Position numbers and translations under genes: made by a program
Notes under the pieces: model-generated
Told to the model about the DNA's origin: nothing
Database searches by the model: none
The model's input: the letters and a program-made list of their open reading frames with translations, nothing else
Assembly (NCBI GenBank): GCA_043718025.1
Contig: JAYSWN010000096.1
Location: forward strand, 1-30,949
Length of the DNA stretch: 30,949 nt
Direction of reading: 5' to 3'
Origin: Pseudomonadota bacterium
GTDB lineage: Bacteria; Bdellovibrionota; FAC87; UBA2466
Shown here: piece by piece, positions 1-7,338 of the stretch
Position numbering within the stretch: position 1 is the stretch's first letter
Layout of the letters: every line of letters starts with the position of its first letter

Positions 1-872
1 TCACGCTCCGTAGCTTTTGCCGGGTCTTCGTCATTTGCGGCGGCCACTAAGTCGTGAAAACGCTTATTTGCGGCGAGCGTGGTTTTGTACAGCTTCTGAA
101 ACTCTATTTCGAAAGGATCTTTGTATTCCGCTTCCGGTTTCAAGCTAACACTAACCGCCGATTGTAGCACTTGGAGCATTGGCTTGTTGATTTCGGTATG
201 ATCTTTTTTTAGTTCGGCTGCAATGGTTTTTTCCAATTCACCACGCTGCTTTTTATTCAAATTGGTCATCATTCCGTCAATAACCTTGGCGAGCTTGGCC
301 TGATCTTCAGTACTCTTCGGCTCCTTCTTAAGCACAGCCAATATCTGCTCCAAAGACACGGTAGCTTTTTCTATGCGAACCGAAAAAGCAGTGGCGAGAA
401 ATTTAGCGTCCGGATTTTCAAATCTTCGCAACAGCTCTTGTCGGCTGGCTTTGCCGTCATTAGTTTCGAGGTTTTTGGCCGACGTTATTAAGTCTTGTGC
501 GGTCTTGCTGCGGCTCGCATTGAGCGCTTCAAAGAGTGTTTTCTTTTTTTCGTCGTTAATTAAATTGGTTAGTCTCTTCAGTTCTGTTTCTGCAGCAGCT
601 TTATTAGCGTCAGTTGGGTCACTATCGTAATCCTTCCAAAACCGATTTAAGATTTCCGAAGCTACATTCCACCAGTGTTGGCCGTCTGCCTCGCCTTCGT
701 TGAGAAAATACCCCTCTAATTCTGGGGTCGTTTTGGGAACCTCTTTCCCCTCTACAGTCTTATAGCGCGCATCGCCCTTAATTATGGGGGCACCGGTATG
801 ATCAGCGTTGCCCACCCCCACCACCAAACACATCACCACCATCGCCACTCGTACGGTATTTAAGATCCCCAT
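1..872 (-). CDS. Secreted hypothetical protein, partial (C-terminus runs off the left edge; not in the ORF track)
   Basis: ATG at 872 with GGAG upstream. Reads MGILNTVRVAMVVMCLVVGVGNADHTG... (signal-peptide-like) and was translated by hand to ...FHDLVAAANDEDPAKATER at the window edge with no stop found. A TATAAT lies upstream near 908-913. Confidence 0.85.
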   Translation of the reverse strand, partial: MGILNTVRVAMVVMCLVVGVGNADHTGAPIIKGDARYKTVEGKEVPKTTPELEGYFLNEGEADGQHWWNVASEILNRFWKDYDSDPTDANKAAAETELKRLTNLINDEKKKTLFEALNASRSKTAQDLITSAKNLETNDGKASRQELLRRFENPDAKFLATAFSVRIEKATVSLEQILAVLKKEPKSTEDQAKLAKVIDGMMTNLNKKQRGELEKTIAAELKKDHTEINKPMLQVLQSAVSVSLKPEAEYKDPFEIEFQKLYKTTLAANKRFHDLVAAANDEDPAKATER

Positions 873-992
873 TTTCGCATTCTCCGCTCTTTTTAGGTTG
901 GACCTTAATTATATAGGACGATAGGGGGGGATCGCCACGTCCACAAAGAGTGGGCGGGCGTTTTGGTGTATACGCGTCAATTCGGGGGCTAA

Positions 993-1024
993 AACAGGAA
1001 AATCCCCGCCCGAAGGGGGCGGGG
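993..1024 (-). terminator. Rho-independent terminator after 1036..2373
   Basis: CCCCGCCC/GGGCGGGG stem (1004-1024) followed on the minus strand by ATTTTCCTGTTTT. Confidence 0.7.
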
Positions 1025-1035
1025 CACGATTTAAA

Positions 1036-2373
1036 TTACTTTTGGGCGAGCCACGCTGAGATCGATTGCTTAACCTCATCGGCCTTGGTGTTACCCGACA
1101 TCGAAGGGCGTTTCACCGCTTCAGAAACTGCCGCCAAATTAAGGGGGACCCCTTTGCCGAGGCTTGCTTTTACCTTAAACGTATCGGCGGTGTCTCCGCT
1201 CGTTTCGATCGAATGACAGCTTATGCACTTTGCCTTCATATCGGATGCCACCTTTACGGCATCAAATTTTTCGTTGGTACCCAAGCCTTTATCGTTAGTC
1301 GCCACGCTGCCAGTTGCGCCTGCGCCACCTCTAGGCTTACTGGCCAAGGCCTCGGGAGCCGCCGACGCCGAAGTGGCTCCGGCCGGAACGCCCGCCTTAA
1401 GGTTGCCCTTATCGTCGGCGTACCACTCTTTGGCCACCTTATCGAATTTGGTCTGGGCTAGTGCATTTGCAGTAAAGCCACCGGGCCGTTTCGAAAACGC
1501 GGTAATGGCGTTTTCAACCGCCTTGGGGCCTTCGCCGATGAACAGGCGCTGAGCTTCGTTACCGGGGCCAACCATGTCTATAAATTTGGGTCCGGTGGCG
1601 CCGTCTTGTTTCCACGACACCGCGTCGACGAGTTTAGTCGCAAATTCTTTGTTACCGGCCGTAAGCTGGTGGGCGGCGTAGGGGAGAATGGCGTCGCGGT
1701 TTAAATTATCGCGCAAGAATTTTTTTGCCGCGGTGTCGCCGCCCTTGGCCTCATCGATTTTGGTGAGAATGCTGCCGTTTTGGTCTTGCATGGTCTTAAA
1801 GTCGCCCGTCTTAAAGTCGAATTTTTCGCCCATAAACTTTTTTAAGAACTCTTGGGCTTCCGATTTTTGGCTAAGTTCGCCCTGAATGGCTTTACCCGCC
1901 CAGAAAAGTCGTTTTAAAAGATCTAAACGCGCTTCATCGCGGCTGCCTTTGTCGTCGACCGCCTTTTTTGTTTCAACGTCCATTGCTGTTTTTACGTCCG
2001 CCACAATTTTATCGCGCTGTTTTTCGTTGATGGTGGCAAACAACACCGCCATGGTGGCCGAGGTGTCGGTTTCGTCGGCCGGGCTGGCTTTGGCTCGTTC
2101 TAAGGCTTTGGACCAGGGCAGGTAGTCGGTTTCATTCATCCGCACGCCGTTGGTGAATACTGACAGTGCGAAGGGTTTTCCGAGATTGGGGAAAAGATCG
2201 GCCACTAAATCTACGTCTTTAGAACGCACTTGGTCGGGGGCGATGGCACGATTACCGGTGCTTGCTTGCTCCGAGTTGGCGGCGCCGCCACCGTGATCAA
2301 CCGGCTTATCATCAGCTAATACGCTAAAAGAGAAAATAGTTAGTACAACCACAAACGTCTTCGACATCCACAT
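1036..2373 (-). CDS. Secreted hypothetical protein with C-terminal putative c-type cytochrome domain
   Basis: 445 aa with signal peptide (KTFVVVLTIFSFSVLA-DD), a G/A-rich linker, then CISCH and a downstream Met (PSMSG). GAGGGAG RBS. Confidence 0.85.
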   Translation of the reverse strand: MWMSKTFVVVLTIFSFSVLADDKPVDHGGGAANSEQASTGNRAIAPDQVRSKDVDLVADLFPNLGKPFALSVFTNGVRMNETDYLPWSKALERAKASPADETDTSATMAVLFATINEKQRDKIVADVKTAMDVETKKAVDDKGSRDEARLDLLKRLFWAGKAIQGELSQKSEAQEFLKKFMGEKFDFKTGDFKTMQDQNGSILTKIDEAKGGDTAAKKFLRDNLNRDAILPYAAHQLTAGNKEFATKLVDAVSWKQDGATGPKFIDMVGPGNEAQRLFIGEGPKAVENAITAFSKRPGGFTANALAQTKFDKVAKEWYADDKGNLKAGVPAGATSASAAPEALASKPRGGAGATGSVATNDKGLGTNEKFDAVKVASDMKAKCISCHSIETSGDTADTFKVKASLGKGVPLNLAAVSEAVKRPSMSGNTKADEVKQSISAWLAQK

Positions 2374-2416
2374 AGAGAAAACTCCCTCTACAACAAAAAA
2401 TCTTCGGTCAGACTAC

Positions 2417-2433
2417 GTGCAATCCTGTGCCCG
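2417..2433 (-). promoter_or_regulatory. Putative sigma54 (-24/-12) promoter
   Basis: Minus strand reads cGG-GCACAGGATT-GCac (GG-N10-GC with TTGCA), about 45 nt upstream of the 2373 ATG. Confidence 0.5.
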
Positions 2434-2572
2434 AGCTTCCGCAGAGAGTTATGGTTGCATCGGCTATGCCGCTTTTTGGGGGGGGAGTGCACTGGTTGTT
2501 CAGCTTGGAACTCTGACAGGGTGACGAAAAAGGCAGCCTGAACTGTATGAGTATACGACAGAGTACACAAAG

Positions 2573-2685
2573 AACCGGACGACCCTGAGGCTGATTTTAG
2601 AGGCCAGGACAACGCGGAGGAGGCGAAGAGATAACCCCGCACGACCCTCCACCTAAATATAAGCCACGGATCCGGCGGAGGAGGA
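2573..2685. repeat. Degenerate ~62-bp tandem repeat (two units), copy A
   Basis: ACGACCCT at 2579 and 2641, and GCGGAGGAGG twice. Shares GAGGCGAAGAGATAACCCCG[C/G]ACGACCCTCC with 3628-3658. Confidence 0.8.
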
Positions 2686-3160
2686 TTCATTATGATGACT
2701 AGTGGAACGGGGGGGCGGGGCGTCTTTGCTCTCGCGTTGCTCGTGGGGGTGGGGTGGCGCTTCCACCCGGGCGTGATTCGGGCGGGCAGTGCAAGGCCGG
2801 GCATTGGCGGTGTTTCAAGTCGTGACTCCACCCGCTTTGCCTTTTTGTCTTTGGCGCGACAACCTCACTTCGGGGCTAGTGCTATTTAGGCGGGGCTAGC
2901 CAAGCGAACTAAATCAAAAGCGTTCCACCCGTTTTCGGAGTTTTTTTTTAATTTTTTCTTTCCGGAAAAAGGAGATAAAAAAATTCAGAGGCACTTCAAC
3001 GCCAGGAAATTTCCGTAGGAAATCGCCCACCCGACTCGAAGTCTCGCGCAAAAAAGAACCTCGGGCGCTGACAATAAGACAAGTAAGGGGAACCCAGTGA
3101 AAGGGGTCGTGGCACAATAAGTTGCGCCTCCACGGTACAGCACAACTCGGCAGCACCAGG

Positions 3161-3405
3161 ATGAAAAGCTAAAGTCTTCCCTTAAGTGAAACGCCAAGGA
3201 AGCCTCCACGCTCCCCACACATCGCCATTTCCACAAAGGCTATTTGACGCCTTTTTCTACGAAATTGAATGCTGAATGGACTACCAAGGCCAAGGAGTTG
3301 AAGCAGAGTGAGCTTGAAAAAGCGGTGAGTGAAGTCAATCCGCAGGCTCATCCCCGAGAGCGGATAAAGCCTGTCGCCAAGAACGTATCGGAGCTTCGGA
3401 TGTAG
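3161..3405 (+). pseudogene. Degraded gene remnant, possibly the N-terminal part of a Bdellovibrionota HNH-endonuclease-family gene
   Basis: ATG AAA AGC TAA at 3161, then a start-less open frame 3190-3405: ...KGYLTPFSTKLNAEWTTKAKELKQSELEKAVSEVNPQAHPRERIKPVAKNVSELRM*. The frame ends where the repeat begins. Family assignment is from memory only. Confidence 0.45.
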
Positions 3406-3564
3406 AGCCGCTTTCCTGTCATTGCGCCTGCGTAGCAAGCGCGGCAACCTTTGGCCTGCTTGGTTTTGTCGACGTCCTTCTTCATTCAAAGTGAAAGGGT
3501 TGCTTCAGCCGCACTGCGTGCGCCTTCGGTAATGACGGCGAAATACCACTTTTGAAACACCCTC
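3400..3564. mobile_element. MITE-like palindromic repeat, copy lacking its left terminal inverted repeat
   Basis: 3400-3483 is near-identical to 30872-30949. Right end TTTTGAAACACCCTC (3550-3564) is a 14/15 inverted match to GAGGGTGTCTCAAAA (30853-30867). Internal GTCATTGC...GTAATGAC and GCAACC...GGTTGC arms. Confidence 0.75.
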
Positions 3565-3627
3565 TGAGGAAAGTCCAATTCAGTAAACTTGCCCGCGGTT
3601 AAAAGCGTAGCCGGAGAGGTCATGTAT

Positions 3628-3699
3628 GAGGCGAAGAGATAACCCCGGACGACCCTCCGCCAAATTTTAAGGCATGGACAATGCGGAGGAGGCGAAGAG
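3628..3699. repeat. Degenerate ~61-bp tandem repeat, copy B
   Basis: GAGGCGAAGAG at 3628 and 3689; GGACAATGCGGAGGAGGCGAAGAG matches 2607-2630 with one mismatch. Confidence 0.8.
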
Positions 3700-3759
3700 G
3701 AAAACATCCTGGAGACGTCGTAAAGTTCTCCAGTCTCCTTAGTCGCCCAAGCAATAAGA

Positions 3760-5583
3760 TCATTTTTCCGGTTCATTTTGAATAAAATCAAGTTCGGTTC
3801 TCTTGCTACCTAAACGAAAAAATTCGGTGCGAGCTAGGCTGGCATCGGTGTGCAATTGGGACCTGGCATCTTTAAGTTGGTTATCGTCTTCTCGCTTTCC
3901 TTCGAGCTCCGCAGCTTTCTCGTCCGCTTCTTTCACAGCTTTGTCTGCCTCCGCTATTTTCTCTTCGTGAAGCTTGATTGTTTTTGCGAAGGCTTCGTTG
4001 GGCGAACTGCCAGACCCTTTATTAGGTGTCGTGGGTGTCACGAGATTCATGCCATTTGCCCGCGCCGCCTTAAAGTTTTCCTCATCTTTTTTACGGTCGC
4101 CAGTTAGTTCAACCGCGCGTCGTTCCATCTGAGGCGTTTTGCCATCGGCCTCCATGACCGACTTGCCATCCTTGTCTTTCTTGATCCGTTCGAAGGCGAG
4201 GTATTCTTTTTTGTCTGAACCTGTCGCGCCGTAGGCGGCTAACAAGCGTTGGCCGCGCGTATCATTTTCCTTCATTCGGCCGGCAATGTAATCGGTACCT
4301 GAGGCACCGGTGATTCCCTTTAGAAGTTCATCGCTGGCTCCCGATTTTTTTTGTGTCTTACCATCAGAAGTAAGCGATATATTTTCGTAAAGTCTCTTAT
4401 TCCACTCCACTCCCCGTTTATCATTTTTAGCTATCGCTTCTTTGCCCTCAGGACTTCGCAAAAATCTTAACATTTCGGCCTCGCTCGCGTTCAACGAGCC
4501 ATTTTTTTCTTTCTGATTTAAACTCGCATCAATAGCAGCGCGCCCGTTTGCGGAGTTCATACCGTAGTACCCAGCCAAATCATGATTGCGGCGGGCGGGG
4601 TCGCTCGATTCCATGCTCGTCAAAGCCGTCGCTGAAAGGGACTGCACTCCCAACGCCCCAAGGGTACTGCGCATTTCGGTTTGGCGATCGGCGTAGGCGG
4701 CGGTGATTGCCTGGGAAATGGCGTCTTGATTCTTTTTGTCTGGTGGCCTGTTTGCCTCGGCGGCTAAAGTTGCATAGCTCTTGGTATGGCCGGTGCTTTC
4801 TAAATAGGTCTTCGCAAACTGGGCCACGTGCTCGTTGCCATTGGTGGCTTCGGTAACCATGGTGTTGGCGGACTTAGCCCTTTCGGTTGCGTCTTTTCCG
4901 GGCGCTGCAGCCTGAAGTGCTTTGACGGCGTCGATGACTGTCCGGCCATCAAAAGTGAGTGATTCGCTGGTCGGTATCGAGGAGAAAAGGGTGTTCAAAT
5001 TCAATGCTGACTGGGAAGTAGGCTTAGTCGATAGAGCCTCAACCGCCGTATTGATCGCCTTGATTTTAGCTTGGTAAGGATTGTTTTGGGAGGTAGTCAC
5101 GGCGGAACTTGCGGCCGAAATAGCGGCCGGAAGAATGCCCGAAATAGGGCCGCTACCTAATGCAGAAATTCCTGAAACGACCGTGACGGCACCACTCTTC
5201 ACCTGCAGATCCGAAATAACGCCATTGATTGTCGCGCGAGGATCCGGTTTTGGAATTACGACAGTGATTTTTTTATTCGACCCCACCCCCCGCCCACCCG
5301 CAGCCGCCGGTGCGCGGTACGCGCCTTGCTGGCCGGTGGATCGAAACGAACGTGTTGGAGTTGGGCGAGTAGGCGCATTTGTTTTTGGAGCTACGATGCC
5401 GCGAGCCGGATTTCTAATTACCCCGCCACTAGTTCCTGAGGAATTTCCTGGAGCATCGCTATCGTCGCCAGCCGACACAAAATCGCGGTGCTGGCTGTCG
5501 TCGCCAAGCGCAAGGCGTGTGGTAGCGATTGCGAGAACCAAAATTAAAGTTGAGAAACGCCCGGTCAAATGGTTTTTAGCCAT
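3760..5583 (-). CDS. Large secreted hypothetical protein
   Basis: 614-aa ORF. Likely start is the ATG at 5583 (MAKNHLTGRFSTLILVLAIATTRLALG-DD, signal peptide) behind a GGGGG RBS. Low-complexity N-region and coiled-coil-like C-terminus. Confidence 0.85.
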   Translation of the reverse strand: MAKNHLTGRFSTLILVLAIATTRLALGDDSQHRDFVSAGDDSDAPGNSSGTSGGVIRNPARGIVAPKTNAPTRPTPTRSFRSTGQQGAYRAPAAAGGRGVGSNKKITVVIPKPDPRATINGVISDLQVKSGAVTVVSGISALGSGPISGILPAAISAASSAVTTSQNNPYQAKIKAINTAVEALSTKPTSQSALNLNTLFSSIPTSESLTFDGRTVIDAVKALQAAAPGKDATERAKSANTMVTEATNGNEHVAQFAKTYLESTGHTKSYATLAAEANRPPDKKNQDAISQAITAAYADRQTEMRSTLGALGVQSLSATALTSMESSDPARRNHDLAGYYGMNSANGRAAIDASLNQKEKNGSLNASEAEMLRFLRSPEGKEAIAKNDKRGVEWNKRLYENISLTSDGKTQKKSGASDELLKGITGASGTDYIAGRMKENDTRGQRLLAAYGATGSDKKEYLAFERIKKDKDGKSVMEADGKTPQMERRAVELTGDRKKDEENFKAARANGMNLVTPTTPNKGSGSSPNEAFAKTIKLHEEKIAEADKAVKEADEKAAELEGKREDDNQLKDARSQLHTDASLARTEFFRLGSKRTELDFIQNEPEK

Positions 5584-5628
5584 TGTGCCCCCAAAAAAAT
5601 ACAAGCTGTGAATGCCCAGTATGATTTA

Positions 5629-5646
5629 GTGCAAGCGCTCTACCAG
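5629..5646 (-). promoter_or_regulatory. Putative sigma54 (-24/-12) promoter
   Basis: Minus strand reads cTGG-TAGAGCGCTT-GCac, exact GG-N10-GC spacing, about 47 nt upstream of the 5583 ATG. Confidence 0.65.
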
Positions 5647-5812
5647 CTTGGTGAGCCTAGCAATTGTGAAGGAGTGTTGGGCGAAGCTGTAGCTAAACTA
5701 GGCGGGGCTCGATAAAACAGGCTAAACCGCTGAATTAATAGTGTGAGTTTTGTGTCTACGCAGAATACAGCGGTTTTAGCCCCGCAACCATTCGGTTTAC
5801 ACCGGGGGCCGG

Positions 5813-6583
5813 CTAGCGCTTGGCATTTTTCTGAAATATCGTAACCACGCCGTCCAGCGTAAGGTTTGGCAGCCAGCGCGACGCCGTTTTTAAATGGGGT
5901 TGCAGCAAGCCGCCCATGCCGCCGGTAAGCACCACTTCGGTGGGCTGGCCCAGCTCGCGGGTCATGCGGTTTAGCAACCCGTCAATTAAGTCGCAGTAGC
6001 CAAGCAACACCCCTACCCGAATGCACTCCACCGTGTTTTTGCCGATGGCCTTCGTAGGAAATTCTAAATCAATGATCGGCAGCTTGGCCGTCTTCATGCC
6101 CAGCGATTCTAAGCCCATGCGAACGCCCGGTAAAATGGCGCCGCCCTCGTACACCGCGCCCACATTCACCACGTCAAAATTGGTGGTGGTGCCAATGTCG
6201 ACCACCACGGCCGGAAGTTTTAGCATGGTCACCGCAAACGCAGCGTTGGCCAACCTGTCGGCGCCCACCTCTTCGGGATGATCCACCCCAAGACTAAAAC
6301 CAAAACTATTTTTGCCCTCAACAAAAAAGGGTTCGCGCTTAAGGTAATCGCGGCAAAATTGCTTGAGCGGCTGATTCACCAGCGGCACTACCGAAGCAAT
6401 GGCCACCCCGGCCCAGCCACTAAAATCTTTTTTCTGAAGTTGGAGCAGCGGCCACAAAAAGGCGGCGTACTCTTCGGCAGTGCGCGACGATTTGGTTTCG
6501 GCGCGAAAGTGGTGCACCAGCTTGTCGTTTTCGTACACGCCAAACGAGGTCTGACTGTTTCCCACATCTAAGACAAGTAACAT
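5813..6583 (-). CDS. coaX: Type III pantothenate kinase
   Basis: MLLVLDVGNSQT, GADR, VVDIGTTT, GGAILPG and VVLTGG motifs; directly downstream of birA. Confidence 0.95.
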   Translation of the reverse strand: MLLVLDVGNSQTSFGVYENDKLVHHFRAETKSSRTAEEYAAFLWPLLQLQKKDFSGWAGVAIASVVPLVNQPLKQFCRDYLKREPFFVEGKNSFGFSLGVDHPEEVGADRLANAAFAVTMLKLPAVVVDIGTTTNFDVVNVGAVYEGGAILPGVRMGLESLGMKTAKLPIIDLEFPTKAIGKNTVECIRVGVLLGYCDLIDGLLNRMTRELGQPTEVVLTGGMGGLLQPHLKTASRWLPNLTLDGVVTIFQKNAKR

Positions 6584-7338
6584 AAAATCTCCGCCGAAAT
6601 TAAGGTGTGATCGCAACCCGAGTGGTCTCGTAGCATGAGGCTACCCACCGGATCAATGCCCATAAACGTGCCAGTAACCACCTGATGCTTACCCATAAAC
6701 GTGCCGGTAAGCAGCTGATCGGGTTCGCTAAGCGCCGCCTCAATGGTTTTTCCCACCGCACCGCACGCATTAAGCCAAAGTTTTCTCACCTCTTCGAACC
6801 CCTTGGCCTGGTATAGGCCGTAGAGGGCCATCACTTTTCGGTGCAGTTCGCGCCCAAATGGCTCAACCCCGGCCTCCACGCCAAAATCGCTGAACGAGGC
6901 GGGGGGGAACTTGGCTTTTAGGCCATTCCACTGCGATTTAGGGGTCGAAAGGTTCACTCCAATGCCCAAAATCACGCTATTTAACCCCTCTAACTCGGCC
7001 AAAATGCCGGCCACTTTGTGCAAATTCACCAGCAGATCGTTAGGCCACTTAAGCATCAGGTGGCTGGGCGGCACGCCAAACTCGATCGCGGTTTGGGTGA
7101 GGGCAACGCCGGCAAGAAACACCAAATCGGTGGGGCGTCGTTGGGGAAGAGAGTTTAAAAGAACCGAAAAGTACAATCCGCCGGGGGGAGAGTGCCACTG
7201 GTTGTCGCCGCGGCCGCGGCCGGCCGTCTGTTCGGCGGCCACAATCGCAACGCCGTGCGTGGCGCGGCCGTCGGCTAAACGGCGTTTTAGCTCTAAATTG
7301 GTTGAGTCGGTGGAGGCTAAGTAGACGGGCTCGATCAG
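6568..7338 (-). CDS. birA: Biotin-[acetyl-CoA-carboxylase] ligase (no N-terminal HTH)
   Basis: STDSTN, AEQTAGRGRG, WHSP, KWPND, KVAGIL and GIGVN motifs. The frame extends above the track's GTG to a CTG at 7338 preceded by GGAG. Confidence 0.9.
   Translation of the reverse strand: MIEPVYLASTDSTNLELKRRLADGRATHGVAIVAAEQTAGRGRGDNQWHSPPGGLYFSVLLNSLPQRRPTDLVFLAGVALTQTAIEFGVPPSHLMLKWPNDLLVNLHKVAGILAELEGLNSVILGIGVNLSTPKSQWNGLKAKFPPASFSDFGVEAGVEPFGRELHRKVMALYGLYQAKGFEEVRKLWLNACGAVGKTIEAALSEPDQLLTGTFMGKHQVVTGTFMGIDPVGSLMLRDHSGCDHTLISAEILCYLS

Noticed and set aside
3110..3126. TGGCAC-AATAAG-TTGC sigma54-like site
   Set aside because: Spacing is GG-N11-GC; RpoN requires N10. At best a decayed site.
2573..3699. 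Possible CRISPR array
   Set aside because: Units are degenerate and contiguous, with no unique spacers of constant length and no cas genes.
2388..3791. Track ORFs 2388..2831(-) and 3486..3791(-) sharing 'RVVRGYLFAS', plus other short ORFs in this gap
   Set aside because: The shared peptide is just the DNA repeat read on the minus strand. The repeat period is non-triplet and the ORFs cross promoter and MITE sequence.
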